From positions 64,001-128,000 of the forward strand of contig JBCBUK010000008.1 in assembly GCA_039818205.1 (NCBI GenBank): a DNA stretch of 64,000 nt, in the 5' to 3' direction. The position numbers and the translations under genes are program-made. The number at the start of each line of letters is the position of its first letter. Within the stretch, counting starts at the first letter, position 1. Shown here piece after piece: positions 1 to 10,468 of this stretch. The notes beneath the pieces are model-generated. The model had not been told where the DNA came from and did not search any database. It saw nothing but the letters and a program-made list of their open reading frames with translations. The DNA comes from Verrucomicrobiota bacterium. GTDB taxonomy: Bacteria > Verrucomicrobiota > Verrucomicrobiia > Opitutales > Cerasicoccaceae.

Positions 1-285
1 AATAGTCATTCCAGGCTCCCAGACTTCAATCAGTTCGAAAAATCCGGCATCCCAGTTATCGAGTGAGATGTTGATTGCAGACTCCAGATGCTCCTCCGCA
101 AATGTATCCGCTCCACGCGCATCGACCCAAATAAAAGTGGGTAGCAGGCGAACCGCTTCACTGGTGATCGCATACGGATCGGATTCTGCGGTTTGCGGTT
201 GCGGGCGTTCGTTCAGCGCGGCACCAACGGCGGCACCAAGCAGTGCGACCCCAAGGATCAGGGAGAATTGTTTCCACCAGGGCAT
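1..285 (-). CDS. Rhodanese-like domain protein with N-terminal membrane anchor (partial, runs off the left edge)
   Basis: Read by hand, absent from the ORF track: MPWWKQFSLILGVALLGAAVGAAL...FIWVDARGADTFAEEHLESAINISL...; matches the rhodanese D-x-R...H-x-x-x-A-x-N-I motif; open frame from ATG 285 to base 1. Confidence 0.75.
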   Translation of the reverse strand, partial: MPWWKQFSLILGVALLGAAVGAALNERPQPQTAESDPYAITSEAVRLLPTFIWVDARGADTFAEEHLESAINISLDNWDAGFFELIEVWEPGMTI

Positions 286-391
286 TATATTCAAATTTTC
301 AAATTTCCAGCTTTGCGCAAGCGCGGATTCGTTTTAAAGATTAATCGCTTGCGCTTTAGCCCGTAACAAAACCAAGCTAAGCGGGATCAAC

Positions 392-1126
392 ATGTCAGCA
401 CCGGAACCCATACGAGTCCAAAAGTTCTTATCCGAACAAGGCGTTTGTTCACGCCGTAAAGCCGAGACCCTCATTGAGGAAGGCGTAATCACCATCAACG
501 GTTCGACCGCCAAACTCGGAGACAAAGTCGTGCCCGGTAAGGACGTGGTCAAGGTGGAGGGACAACGCGTCAACGCCAAGGCCCTGAAAAACTGGGTGCT
601 CCTGATGAATAAGCCCAAGGGAGTCATTTGCAGCCACAGCGACCCTCACCACTCTAAGACGATATACGATCTGCTCCCGCCAGAATTAGCACGGGAAAAA
701 CTCATTTGTTGTGGCCGGCTGGATAAAGATAGCGAGGGAATGCTTATTTTGACCAACGATGGCAACCTTGCACAGCGGATCACCCATCCATCTGGCGGCA
801 TCGTAAAGCGCTATCGGATAAAGCTCAGCCGTCCATTTGAACAAAGCCTGATTCCCAAGATGCTTCGAGGCGTTCACCGGGACGGGGAATTCCTGCAAGC
901 ATCACGGATTATTCCCGCAACGATGGGGCCCGAACAGGAAAAACGCCTGGAGGTCCACCTTGAACAAGGCCGGAAACGTGAAATTCGCCGCCTGTTCGAG
1001 GCATTTGGTTATTTCGTCGATAAGTTGGAACGCTTTCAGATGGGCGGCCTCATAATGAAGCGAATCCCAAGAAGTGGTGTTCGCGAGCTAACCAATCGCG
1101 AATTGGACTTTCTCTTTCAGAAATAG
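392..1126 (+). CDS. rRNA pseudouridine synthase, RsuA/RluB/RluF family (S4 domain plus catalytic domain)
   Basis: IRVQKFLSEQGVCSRRKAE S4 domain; GRLDKDSEGMLILTNDG catalytic motif; QGRKREIRR. Confidence 0.93.
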   Translation: MSAPEPIRVQKFLSEQGVCSRRKAETLIEEGVITINGSTAKLGDKVVPGKDVVKVEGQRVNAKALKNWVLLMNKPKGVICSHSDPHHSKTIYDLLPPELAREKLICCGRLDKDSEGMLILTNDGNLAQRITHPSGGIVKRYRIKLSRPFEQSLIPKMLRGVHRDGEFLQASRIIPATMGPEQEKRLEVHLEQGRKREIRRLFEAFGYFVDKLERFQMGGLIMKRIPRSGVRELTNRELDFLFQK

Positions 1127-1143
1127 TTGTATAATACCGTATC

Positions 1144-1989
1144 ATGAAGTTCACCCGTTTCCTTACCTGGTTATTAGTGACCCTCTCCGTTGGCGCCCTG
1201 TCAGCCCAAGAAAAGGTAGTTTCGATTTACCTGGAGCCCGACGCCAATGGCACCGTTTACTTCCAGGAAACGATGACGAATATCAACGAGTTTGATCCGA
1301 AACCGGTCTTGGATGGATCAGGCGCGGGACAGGGATGGATGTTTGTTCACTACCCGGGGCGCTACGTGGGTTATGTGCAAGACTCTGACCTTGGGCCAAC
1401 CGGTTCGACGGTGCGCGACGGTGCCAAAGCCTATCTTCGCCCCTCGACGACTAGTCCGGTTTTGACCGTTATCCTGGATGGTGACGAGGCTGAGGTAGCC
1501 CGGCGCGAAGGTGCATGGGCAACTGTATATTTCCAAGGGAAAGCACCGGCCTACTTCCGCATTGATGATGACACTCCCGTTATTTTGGCCAGCACGGCTC
1601 CCGCCGCAACATTGGGAACTGCCGCCGAACCAGCCCCGGCTCCGGACAATGCGCCGATTCTGGAAGAGGTTGTTATGGAGGAGGCTGTCTTGCCAGTCAG
1701 TCCACCCTCGACGGGCACTCGCCCCCCCAGCCAAACCGTTGCTCGCTATGTCCAGGGAATCGTCAAGCCAGTGACCGCATGGGACCGTCTTTGGGGCTCT
1801 GATTACGAGTATCGCCTGGTCGACTCCGAGGGCGACACACTCGCCTATCTGGTTATGGATAACACGATCCTATTTGGCCCGGTCGAAACCTATTGGGGAA
1901 AGCGGGTCGAAGTCACCGGAACGGTCCGACGGATCTCGGGATCGGTTCCCTTTGAAATCCAGGCCGGCAACATCCGGATCTTACGCTAA
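1144..1989 (+). CDS. Secreted hypothetical protein with a probable SH3b-like domain
   Basis: Signal-peptide-like N-terminus (..VGALSA/QE); [21 protein letters not shown]...GAWATV resembles SH3b; Pro/Ala-rich linker. Confidence 0.55.
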   Translation: MKFTRFLTWLLVTLSVGALSAQEKVVSIYLEPDANGTVYFQETMTNINEFDPKPVLDGSGAGQGWMFVHYPGRYVGYVQDSDLGPTGSTVRDGAKAYLRPSTTSPVLTVILDGDEAEVARREGAWATVYFQGKAPAYFRIDDDTPVILASTAPAATLGTAAEPAPAPDNAPILEEVVMEEAVLPVSPPSTGTRPPSQTVARYVQGIVKPVTAWDRLWGSDYEYRLVDSEGDTLAYLVMDNTILFGPVETYWGKRVEVTGTVRRISGSVPFEIQAGNIRILR

Positions 1990-2032
1990 CTTTTGCTTTG
2001 CCTTTCGGCAAAGTCGCAATGCAATCGGCGTC

Positions 2033-2917
2033 ATGGAGTTGATTGACGGTAACGCAATATCCCGAGAAATCCTTGATGAGCTAAAGGCTGAATTGGCTGA
2101 GCTTAATGGTCCGAAGCCAGGCGTCGCGTTTGTGCGCGTTGGCGAAGATCCTGCCTCGGTCTTTTATGTGAACAAGAAGCAGAAAGTGGCCGCTGAGATC
2201 GGCGTCGAGAGCACCCTGCACGTTCAACCGGAGAGCATTTCCGAGACGGAACTTTTAAAAGTCATCGACGAGCTCAACGCGGATCCGGCAGTTCACGGCA
2301 TCCTGGTCCAGGCCCCCTTGCCAAATCACATCAACGAACGAGTCATTTTCAACCGGGTCTCCGCCGATAAGGATGTTGACGGCTTCAATGTCGTGAATAT
2401 CGGCAAGCTTTGCCAGGAAGACCCCAGCGCGTTTGTAGCCTGCACGCCAGCGGGAGTCGTTGAACTCCTCAAGCGTTCTGGTGTGCAAACGAGCGGCAAG
2501 CGCGTGGCCGTGGTTGGCCGGAGTTTGATCGTTGGAAAGCCGGCCGCTTTGCTGCTGATGATGAAGGCAGAGTTTGGCAATGCAACGGTCACCGTCTGTC
2601 ACTCGCGCACCGACATTTTGCCCGAGGTAGTCGGTCAGGCCGATATCGTGATTGCCGCGATGGGACGAGCAGAATTTATCACCGCTGACATGATTAAGGA
2701 CGGTGCCGTCGTGATCGATGTCGGTATCAATCGGGTGGACGATGCGAGCAAGAAGCGCGGCTATCGGATCGTTGGCGATGTCGAATTTGATGCGGTTGCC
2801 GCAAAATGCTCCAAAATTACACCGGTCCCCGGCGGCGTTGGGCCGATGACGGTTGCGATGCTGATGAAGAATACGGTTGCTGCCTACCGCCGAAGCCAAG
2901 GGGTGGGCACTGAATAA
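2033..2917 (+). CDS. folD: Bifunctional methylenetetrahydrofolate dehydrogenase/cyclohydrolase
   Basis: [10 protein letters not shown] start; [37 protein letters not shown] motifs; start set at ATG 2033. Confidence 0.97.
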   Translation: MELIDGNAISREILDELKAELAELNGPKPGVAFVRVGEDPASVFYVNKKQKVAAEIGVESTLHVQPESISETELLKVIDELNADPAVHGILVQAPLPNHINERVIFNRVSADKDVDGFNVVNIGKLCQEDPSAFVACTPAGVVELLKRSGVQTSGKRVAVVGRSLIVGKPAALLLMMKAEFGNATVTVCHSRTDILPEVVGQADIVIAAMGRAEFITADMIKDGAVVIDVGINRVDDASKKRGYRIVGDVEFDAVAAKCSKITPVPGGVGPMTVAMLMKNTVAAYRRSQGVGTE

Positions 2918-3555
2918 TGTCGGATCCGACAAAGCCACCCCCCTTGCCCACACAATTGCCGGTTATTGCGGTTGCCACGCGTGGTCACCGGATCGTCGCC
3001 GCTTTATTGGACGTTACCGTGGTCCTGCTATTTTCGGGTATGCTGCTTACTCGGGTCCTTTGGCCGCAATATTACCCCGAGGTTTATGGGGCATTTCAGG
3101 AGGCTTATCCCTCAGTTGAGGGGTGGTTCGAAGAGCTCGAAACGACCGCGAGGGCGGCTCAAGAATCTGGTGAACCCGTGACCTTCCCACTCCCAACCGG
3201 CGTTTCCCAACGAGAGGCACAAGAATTTTTTAGCTATGCCGTCGTCATAACGAGTTTTCTGGTTTGGCTCTATTTTTTCGTGAGCGAGCTGATTTTAAAA
3301 GGCAGCTCATTGGGCAAATCCGTGTTTGGAATGCGGGTAATGAGCTTGAGAACCGGAATGCCCCCGTCTGCATTCGAAATAAGCCTCCGCGGAACGGTAA
3401 AAGCCTTCTGTTTCCTTCAGCCCATACTGATATTGGTCAACACCGCGATCCTCCTATTCAACAAGGATCGGCGGAGTGGGCATGACTTAGTTTCGCGGAC
3501 GATTGTTGTCTCGGGTCAGATGATTGTTGCGGACCCTAAACCGGTCGACGATTGA
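2917..3555 (+). CDS. RDD family membrane protein
   Basis: RIVAALLD, SLGKSVFGMRV, RSGHDLVSRTIVV signatures; start overlaps the folD stop. Confidence 0.88.
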   Translation: MSDPTKPPPLPTQLPVIAVATRGHRIVAALLDVTVVLLFSGMLLTRVLWPQYYPEVYGAFQEAYPSVEGWFEELETTARAAQESGEPVTFPLPTGVSQREAQEFFSYAVVITSFLVWLYFFVSELILKGSSLGKSVFGMRVMSLRTGMPPSAFEISLRGTVKAFCFLQPILILVNTAILLFNKDRRSGHDLVSRTIVVSGQMIVADPKPVDD

Positions 3556-3682
3556 TCCGTTAGAATAAGAATTGATAATCTCATTTTTCTTGCGACTACA
3601 GCCACTTGAGAGTAGCTGTATTAGCTTGAGGAAGCCTGTATTTACATGGCTGTCATTAAATTACGATTGAATTCCACCCCCA

Positions 3683-4894
3683 GTGCATCCAAGCGATAAA
3701 AAACAACTAATCCTGGTTGTCGACGACCAGCCAATAAACATCAAACTGCTGCAAAGAAAGCTAGAGCGTGAAGGGTTTGATGTTCTCACTGCGTACAATG
3801 GCCAGGAATGTCTGGATATCGTCGAGAAAACCCCTCCAGATTTGATTCTATTGGATGTTATGATGCCCGAGATGGACGGCATCGAAACCTGTGAACGGCT
3901 CAAGGAAAATGAGGAAACCGAGACGATACCGGTTATTTTCATCACGGCAAAATCCTCCAAAGAAGGTAAACTTGAAGGCCTGGGCGTCGGTGCGGTTGAC
4001 TACATCACCAAGCCGATCGATTTGGAAGAAACGTTGGCTCGGGTAAAGACTCAGCTGCGTATCCAGGAAATTTACCGCGAAAACATCGAACTTCAGGCGC
4101 AAATGGGCGAAATTCGCCGCAGCGCTGCCGTTGGCGCGATCACCCAGGGTATCGCTCACAACCTCAACAATTTGTTGGGTGTTGTCGTTGGCTACTTGGA
4201 TCTATTGCGCAACGGATATGACAGTCCGGATATGGTTCAACGGAGCGTCACGTTGATGGACCAAGCGATCCAGCGAATGGTTGGAATCATTCGACACCTC
4301 AGTTCGATCGCAACCAGCGAAAAGCTTCAACTGTCGTCCCTCAAACCAGGCCAACTGATCCTGGACTCAATTTCGCAGTTCAACGAAGAATATGGCGTCG
4401 GGAAGAATATCGAGGTCAATAATCGTATACCGGACTCCCTTAGAGTTGAGTCAAATGCTGAGGTATTTGGTAGCACGTTAGTGAAAGTTCTCCTCAACGC
4501 GTGGGAATGCTATCCGAAGTCCTTGGGACAAGATCAGCGCACAATTTTCTTGGATGCGGGTTTGAGCGATGACGGTACAAATCTGATCGTCAAAGTGGTC
4601 GACCACGGCCCAGGTATTTCTGACGAAGTTCGTGATCACGTTTTCGATCCCTTCATCACGACAAAGACCTCCGTGGGGCGTGGACTCGGTTTAACCATGG
4701 CTCGCCATGCAATGAGGAATTTGAAGGGTGACTTGACGCTAGAAGACGGACCGGAGAACGGTTGTATCGCAACCATGATTCATCCGATAAAGCAGCCAAC
4801 GGAGCCTTTGGACAGCACGGATCCGTTGACTAAGCAAATCATCGCAGGTAATAACGTCACCGACTTCAAGGAATTTGCCGACGGAGTCCGTTAG
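3683..4894 (+). CDS. Hybrid response regulator/histidine kinase (REC-HisKA-HATPase), cytoplasmic
   Basis: ILVVDD...LILLDVMMP...KP receiver; IAHNLNNLL H-box; LLNA, DHGPGI, FDPFITTK, GRGLGL boxes. Confidence 0.92.
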   Translation: MHPSDKKQLILVVDDQPINIKLLQRKLEREGFDVLTAYNGQECLDIVEKTPPDLILLDVMMPEMDGIETCERLKENEETETIPVIFITAKSSKEGKLEGLGVGAVDYITKPIDLEETLARVKTQLRIQEIYRENIELQAQMGEIRRSAAVGAITQGIAHNLNNLLGVVVGYLDLLRNGYDSPDMVQRSVTLMDQAIQRMVGIIRHLSSIATSEKLQLSSLKPGQLILDSISQFNEEYGVGKNIEVNNRIPDSLRVESNAEVFGSTLVKVLLNAWECYPKSLGQDQRTIFLDAGLSDDGTNLIVKVVDHGPGISDEVRDHVFDPFITTKTSVGRGLGLTMARHAMRNLKGDLTLEDGPENGCIATMIHPIKQPTEPLDSTDPLTKQIIAGNNVTDFKEFADGVR

Positions 4895-4896
4895 TA

Positions 4897-5700
4897 ATGA
4901 TCAAGGTCGCATTTATTGGCGCAGGGCGTATGGCCTCTGCGATGGTTAAAGGTTTGTTGAAGACCGGACGCTTCAACGCTAAAGAAATCGGTTGCATTTG
5001 CGGCAGTGATCCCACGGGTCCCGAGCTCTCGAAAATAACAGGAATCGTCTACGAGCCCGATCTTGATAAATTGTTAGCTCACGCGGATATCACCGTTTTG
5101 GCCTGCAAACCTCAGCAGTTTTCATCGCTTGATTCTGAGGTCGCTGAACTCACGCAAGGCCAGCTAATCGTTTCCATTTTGGCGGGCACCCCGCTATCTC
5201 GCATTGAGACAAAGTTTTCGAATGCCCGGAATCACGTGCGATCGATGCCGAATACCCCGGGTCAGATTGGGGCAGGCATTAGCGCATACGCCAGTGGGAA
5301 ACCCTTGTCGGCTTCCGATGAGGACGCCGTAAAGCTTATCTTGGGCGCTCTCGGCGAGGTCGTAGCGACGCCGGAAGATCAGCTTGACGCCGTAACGGCA
5401 GTAAGTGGAAGCGGGCCTGCCTATGTGTTCGAATTTACCGCGGCACTGGCCGAGGCAGGTGTTGCGGCAGGACTTTCAAAAGAGATAGCGTTAAAGTTGG
5501 CCCGGCAAACGGTAACCGGCGCTGGTTTGCTCCTGCGTGCATCAGAGGAAACACCGGAAGAATTGCGCCGGCAAGTGACTTCCCCGGGCGGCACAACTCA
5601 AGCCGCCTTGGAGCAGTTTACCGAAGACAAGTTACGTGACATCGTGCGTCATGCAGTAATTGCGGCTAAACAACGATCGATTGATCTAGCTCAGGAGTAA
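4897..5700 (+). CDS. proC: Pyrroline-5-carboxylate reductase
   Basis: FIGAGRMA, RSMPNTP, TAVSGSGPAY, VTSPGGTT. Confidence 0.96.
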   Translation: MIKVAFIGAGRMASAMVKGLLKTGRFNAKEIGCICGSDPTGPELSKITGIVYEPDLDKLLAHADITVLACKPQQFSSLDSEVAELTQGQLIVSILAGTPLSRIETKFSNARNHVRSMPNTPGQIGAGISAYASGKPLSASDEDAVKLILGALGEVVATPEDQLDAVTAVSGSGPAYVFEFTAALAEAGVAAGLSKEIALKLARQTVTGAGLLLRASEETPEELRRQVTSPGGTTQAALEQFTEDKLRDIVRHAVIAAKQRSIDLAQE

Positions 5701-5713
5701 TCAAACTAGTCCT

Positions 5714-6193
5714 ATGGCGACTGCTTACATTGGTCTCGGAAGCAATATAGGTGACCGGCGTTTGCATTTAGAAACTGCTATCGAAAAGATAAGGCGCCTC
5801 GAGGCGGTTGAGGCGGTTCGATGTTCGTCTTTCTATGAGACCGCGCCAGTCGGCCCCGTCCCCCAAGGGGACTTCCTAAACGCGGTCGCAGAAGTGCAAA
5901 CAACTTTCGAGCCGGTGGATTTCCTCAGCGCGCTTCAAATAATTGAAAATGAAGCATCGCGAAAACGAGAAGTGCACTGGGGACCCCGTTCGCTCGATCT
6001 AGATCTTCTCGCCGTGGATGGTCAGGAATTACAGACCCAAAGTCTCACTCTCCCCCATCCCGAAGCAAAGAAACGGGCGTTTGTGCTAGTCCCATGGGCC
6101 GAGTTAGCTCCAGATTTCTGCTTTGATAAACGGCCGGTTGTTGAGTGGCTTCAACAAGTTGGCACCGACGGGGTCAGGAAGTTTGACTGTTAG
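5714..6193 (+). CDS. folK: 2-amino-4-hydroxy-6-hydroxymethyldihydropteridine diphosphokinase
   Basis: AYIGLGSNIG, FLNAV, WGPRSLDLDLL, LPHP...RAFVLVP. Confidence 0.96.
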   Translation: MATAYIGLGSNIGDRRLHLETAIEKIRRLEAVEAVRCSSFYETAPVGPVPQGDFLNAVAEVQTTFEPVDFLSALQIIENEASRKREVHWGPRSLDLDLLAVDGQELQTQSLTLPHPEAKKRAFVLVPWAELAPDFCFDKRPVVEWLQQVGTDGVRKFDC

Positions 6194-7581
6194 TGGGTTC
6201 GACGCACGCTGTTGACATGCCATTCATCCTCGAGTCGTGTTCCTTGCCACCGAAGGAGGTCTTCGCCCGATTGCGAAGCGCTCCCGGTTGTTGCTGGCTC
6301 GATAGTGGCAACGGTTCCGGGAAGCAACAGCGCTACTCGGTTCTGGCGGCCTTTCCCTTCCAAACTCTGACCGCCTACGGAAATCGCATCGAAAAACGGA
6401 TTGGCGATGAGGTAACTCATCATGCCGTGCCATGTAGTCTAGGTTATCTGGAAAGTGAACTGACGAAATATCAATCTGAAGATGCCGAACTACCAATGGC
6501 TGGTGGCGCCATCGGCCATTTTAGTTATGAGTTCGGCTTTCGGCTTGCCGGCCTTTCTTCGTCCGTTGGGCGAGCCCTCCGTTGGCCAGACTTCTGTTTC
6601 CACTTTTTTGCGGCGACCTACGTATTCGATCATCTTGAATCACGGGGAAGCTTCCGGGCCATAGACACCGATCTCGGTCGTGCTGGCTTGAAGCAATTGC
6701 GAACAGCCCTAGAACAGGTGGAAGAGAAACAAGCGTTGGCTGGACCGGCTGCGCCGTTCTCAGCGAATCGCTCACGGGAGAACTACTGCGCTGCGGTCGA
6801 AGGAATTCGCGAAGCAATTGCTTCCGGTGAAATTTACCAGGCGAATTTAGCCCAGTTTTTCTCCACACCATTCACCGACGATAGCGCGGTGCTTTTCTCT
6901 CGTTTGCGTGACCTGAATCCAGCTCCCTACGGAGCGTATATCAATGCCGGGGATCGCGCAATTCTGAGTAGCTCACCCGAGCAGTTCCTGCGGATCGATT
7001 CGGACCGTCGAATCGTTACGCGGCCAATCAAAGGTACGCGTCCACGCGGACGGTCATCCGCTACCGACCGGCGTCTTAGGGACGACCTTTTTTCCAGCAC
7101 GAAGGAACGGGCAGAGCTGTTGATGATCGTTGACATGGAGCGCAACGACCTTGGGCGGATTGCGGAGTTTGGATCGGTTCAAGTGAACGAGTTGTACTGC
7201 GTTGAGTCGTACGCGACCGTTCACCATCTCGTTGGTGAAGTCGAAGCAAAGCTGCGGTCCGAAATCGGGCTTCGCGAGATCATGCGCGCAACGTTTCCCG
7301 GCGGATCCATTACCGGAGCTCCAAAGATTCAAGCAATGAAGGTGATTCAAACGCTTGAACCGACGCCCCGGGATGTTTTCTGCGGGTCGATTGGATGGCT
7401 GGGATTCGATGGCACCATGGAACTAAATATCGCGATCCGGACGATCGTTTGTCAGGAAGGCCGCGCGGATTTCGGTGTTGGCGCTGGCATTGTCTGGGAT
7501 TCGGTTCCGGATGCGGAATTTCAAGAGACCTTGCACAAGGCACAGGCGTTATTTGCCGCCTTGCAAAGCGTCCGTGGATAA
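6193..7581 (+). CDS. pabB: Aminodeoxychorismate synthase component I
   Basis: Chorismate-binding fold: SSSPEQF, RPIKGTRPR (PIKGT is PabB-type), KERAELLMIVDMERNDLG, FPGGSITGAPK; start may be ATG 6217. Confidence 0.9.
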   Translation: MGSTHAVDMPFILESCSLPPKEVFARLRSAPGCCWLDSGNGSGKQQRYSVLAAFPFQTLTAYGNRIEKRIGDEVTHHAVPCSLGYLESELTKYQSEDAELPMAGGAIGHFSYEFGFRLAGLSSSVGRALRWPDFCFHFFAATYVFDHLESRGSFRAIDTDLGRAGLKQLRTALEQVEEKQALAGPAAPFSANRSRENYCAAVEGIREAIASGEIYQANLAQFFSTPFTDDSAVLFSRLRDLNPAPYGAYINAGDRAILSSSPEQFLRIDSDRRIVTRPIKGTRPRGRSSATDRRLRDDLFSSTKERAELLMIVDMERNDLGRIAEFGSVQVNELYCVESYATVHHLVGEVEAKLRSEIGLREIMRATFPGGSITGAPKIQAMKVIQTLEPTPRDVFCGSIGWLGFDGTMELNIAIRTIVCQEGRADFGVGAGIVWDSVPDAEFQETLHKAQALFAALQSVRG

Positions 7582-7603
7582 TTTGCTTTCTGCGCTGCGA
7601 AGT

Positions 7604-8428
7604 ATGACCCATACTAGAACAATGTTTGTTTGCCTGAACGGCAAAATGTTGCCCGAACAAGAAGCTCGGATAGGAATCACGGAGCCAGGCGTAGTCTATG
7701 GTGAAGGCTGCTTTGAAACACTTAAAGTTACGAAAGGTCGCCCACGTTTCTTTGAAGATCATTGGCAACGTTTCACCAATTCGACATCGGCTGTTGGGAT
7801 ACGGATAGAAGCATCAAAAGAAAGCGTTTTTCAACAGGCGATCGAACTTGCCCTGCGCAACGGAATCCAGTCCGGAGTCTTGCGCATTTCCTGTCATCAG
7901 TTGTTCGAAGGAGCGAGTCTACTTGTTCAAGCGACACCACCTCGGCGCCATCCGTTGCCAAAAAGTTTTCAAGTTCAGTTTAGTAATTGGCAGCATCCTG
8001 GCCTGAGTCCTCATTCCTCGATCAAGCACAACAATTATGCCCGCTTTCGTGCCGCCTTCCGAGAGGCCATCGAAGCCGGCTATGATGAAGCGCTTCTACT
8101 GGATGCGAGAGGACACGTCATCGAAGGTGCCGTTAGCAATTTGTTTTGGGTGGATGCCAGTGGGCAGCTTAATTCCCCGTCTCTGAATGCAGGAGCTCTA
8201 CCGGGGATAATCCGCAACAAGTTGATTGGACTATTTCCTGCGATAATAGAATGTGAACCGTCGAAAGATTTGCTTCTGCAAGCGCGTGAAATCTTCCTGG
8301 CAAATTCTCTGTTGGAGATCATGCCGGTTGCGCAGCTCGAAGATTACCCCCTGCCCGCCTGTCCTGGCGAGATCACCCAAAAGGTGATTGAATCATTTTA
8401 CGACGCCTATCCCGAAACGGATAATTAG
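7604..8428 (+). CDS. pabC: Class IV aminotransferase, probable aminodeoxychorismate lyase
   Basis: YGEGCFETLKV, IKHNNY, EGAVSNLFW, LPGIIR; follows pabB; start ATG 7604 or 7622. Confidence 0.8.
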   Translation: MTHTRTMFVCLNGKMLPEQEARIGITEPGVVYGEGCFETLKVTKGRPRFFEDHWQRFTNSTSAVGIRIEASKESVFQQAIELALRNGIQSGVLRISCHQLFEGASLLVQATPPRRHPLPKSFQVQFSNWQHPGLSPHSSIKHNNYARFRAAFREAIEAGYDEALLLDARGHVIEGAVSNLFWVDASGQLNSPSLNAGALPGIIRNKLIGLFPAIIECEPSKDLLLQAREIFLANSLLEIMPVAQLEDYPLPACPGEITQKVIESFYDAYPETDN

Positions 8429-8444
8429 CGGAGTCGGGAAATGG

Positions 8445-9806
8445 TCACTGTTGTTCCGCAACACGAATCAGTGATTTTAGGTAACGCTCAACGCGTTCGT
8501 CGGGCCGCAAAGCTTGGGATCGCTGTAATGCGGTGATGGCTTGTGTCCAACGGTTTTGATCGACGTAGACACGGGCAATCTCGAGCCAGGCATCGGCCGA
8601 GGTTTCATCGACATCAATGGTTCGCTCAAGCAGAACTTCGGCCTTCTCCAGGTTGCCCTGTCGGCGTTCGGCATCAGCCAAAAGAAGCAAGGCATCGACA
8701 TTCAGCGCGTCCAACCGAATGACCTCCTCAAGGATCTCGGCTGCCGCCTTGGGATCGGCTTGGTTCATCTTCAAACGGGCACGCAACAATAGTAGCTGCA
8801 CCAGTGGCTTGCCCTGAATGGATTCGCTGTAGTGCTGAAGGATGACCTCTAAGAGAGCCTCGGCTTCGGAAGAATAATTACGCCCGGCGAGGAGGTTGGC
8901 GGCATCAAGTAGCTCTTCCACTTGAGGTTTGCGGGGGGATCGTATCGAGTCCGTAAAGGCTGCCGTGGCCAAGCGTGGTAGTTCCAAAACTAGGTAGGCG
9001 CGCCCCAGTTGGAGAAGCACGCGATCATCCGCACGGCTTGAACGTCGAAGCGTTTCCAAGTGGGCAACAACACGTTCCCAGTCGTTTAAGGCAACGCAAG
9101 CGTTGGCAGCAACTCGCCGCGCCTCCACATGCCCGGGATGTGACTTGAGGTATTGTTCAACGCTGGATAGTGCCTCCTCTGCGCGATCCAGCTCGATCAA
9201 ACACTGAGCCCGACCAAGTTGCCAGTCCGCAGAATTTGCATCCAGGAAGACGGCTTCTTCGTAGCCTTCAAGCGCTGCGGCATAGTCGTCGTTCTGATAG
9301 TGACAGAAGGCCAACGTGCCCCGAGTAGCCGCCGTTTGATCGCCGCGCTCAATCGCTTGCTGGAGTGCAAGCATAGCCTCATCATTGCGGCCACTCTGCG
9401 CAAGCATTAGCCCGAGGTTTCGCCAAGCGCGAACGAACCCGGGTTGCTTTGCCAAAGCAGCGCGGTAGGCATTTTCGGCTGAGTTGGTGTCGCCATTTTG
9501 GAGATACAAGTTAGCTAGCGTGTAGTCTAGAGCGGCGCTACTATTTGGCTTGGTGGCATTTTGAAGTCTCCGTGCTGCCTCGACGACCTGGCCATTTTGC
9601 ATAAGCGGATAGATTGATTGAAGAACGCCCTGCTCTTCCGGAGTCACGCTTGGTTCCCGGGGACCATCAAACCCGTAGCTCCCCAAAAACCGCTCTTTGA
9701 ATGCCGGATCATTGAACGAGATGGAGTTCAAGCTTGGCTGCCCCAAGGCATTGAAGGCCCCAAGCACCAGACTGAGAAACAAGCTGAATAAACGGAAGTG
9801 CATCAT
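8445..9806 (-). CDS. Secreted tetratricopeptide repeat protein of the TonB cluster
   Basis: Multiple TPR-like helical repeats and signal peptide MMHFRLFSLFLSLVLGAFNALG; ATG overlaps the TonB stop (TGATG). Confidence 0.85.
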   Translation of the reverse strand: MMHFRLFSLFLSLVLGAFNALGQPSLNSISFNDPAFKERFLGSYGFDGPREPSVTPEEQGVLQSIYPLMQNGQVVEAARRLQNATKPNSSAALDYTLANLYLQNGDTNSAENAYRAALAKQPGFVRAWRNLGLMLAQSGRNDEAMLALQQAIERGDQTAATRGTLAFCHYQNDDYAAALEGYEEAVFLDANSADWQLGRAQCLIELDRAEEALSSVEQYLKSHPGHVEARRVAANACVALNDWERVVAHLETLRRSSRADDRVLLQLGRAYLVLELPRLATAAFTDSIRSPRKPQVEELLDAANLLAGRNYSSEAEALLEVILQHYSESIQGKPLVQLLLLRARLKMNQADPKAAAEILEEVIRLDALNVDALLLLADAERRQGNLEKAEVLLERTIDVDETSADAWLEIARVYVDQNRWTQAITALQRSQALRPDERVERYLKSLIRVAEQQ

Positions 9807-10468
9807 CAAAAAGAAATCGGAAAAACGTAGGCGGTTGCGACAGGGATGTTGTTGCGCAAGGGCGGCTCGAAGCGGCATTTTTCCGCAAAACGTCGGGCTG
9901 GCTTAATGAGCCGTTTGTGCTCAGCGTCAATCACGTCGAGCACCTCGACACGTCCATCGGGTTGGATCAGAATTTTCAATCGGACTTTACCCCGTATGTT
10001 TTCACGAAGCAATTCGTACGGCATGATCCGCGCTGGGTTGCTCAAGAGTTTGGGGATGCGATCCAAGTCACGCACGTCAACCACCTCGAACGCAGGTGCC
10101 TCGCCAAGGTCGGGCATTTTTACCGGAAAGGACCCCATCGTGAAAACGTCATTACTAAGCCCACTGATGTAAATCTGTTTGGTTGGTAGCGGTTCCAGAA
10201 CGATTGCTTGTTCGACTGGAGCTGGCGGACTACCAATCGTCTCGATTGGTTTAATCGCGGTCGGCCCCTCTGTTATTTCCATTTCTGGATCCGGCGGAGG
10301 AATTAGCTTCACCACTCGGAGCGACTCAGGCGCTTCTTCCAGTTCCTGGGAAATCAGGCCAAAGGGCAACACAACGACAAACAGAACGCTTGCCACTCCC
10401 AGCGATAGAAGAAGCGAACCGAACCGTTGGCTCGAGTTGGATTCGAGGGATGCCAGGGCTTCGCTCAT
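9806..10468 (-). CDS. tonB: Energy transducer TonB family protein
   Basis: N-terminal TM, Pro-rich linker, C-terminal GKVRLKILIQPDGRV...FEPP...F TonB domain; exbBD context. Confidence 0.85.
   Translation of the reverse strand: MSEALASLESNSSQRFGSLLLSLGVASVLFVVVLPFGLISQELEEAPESLRVVKLIPPPDPEMEITEGPTAIKPIETIGSPPAPVEQAIVLEPLPTKQIYISGLSNDVFTMGSFPVKMPDLGEAPAFEVVDVRDLDRIPKLLSNPARIMPYELLRENIRGKVRLKILIQPDGRVEVLDVIDAEHKRLIKPARRFAEKCRFEPPLRNNIPVATAYVFPISF

Noticed and set aside
1874..2032. N-terminal extension of folD in the ORF track
   Set aside because: Overlaps the upstream gene; FolD homology begins at MELIDG (2033).
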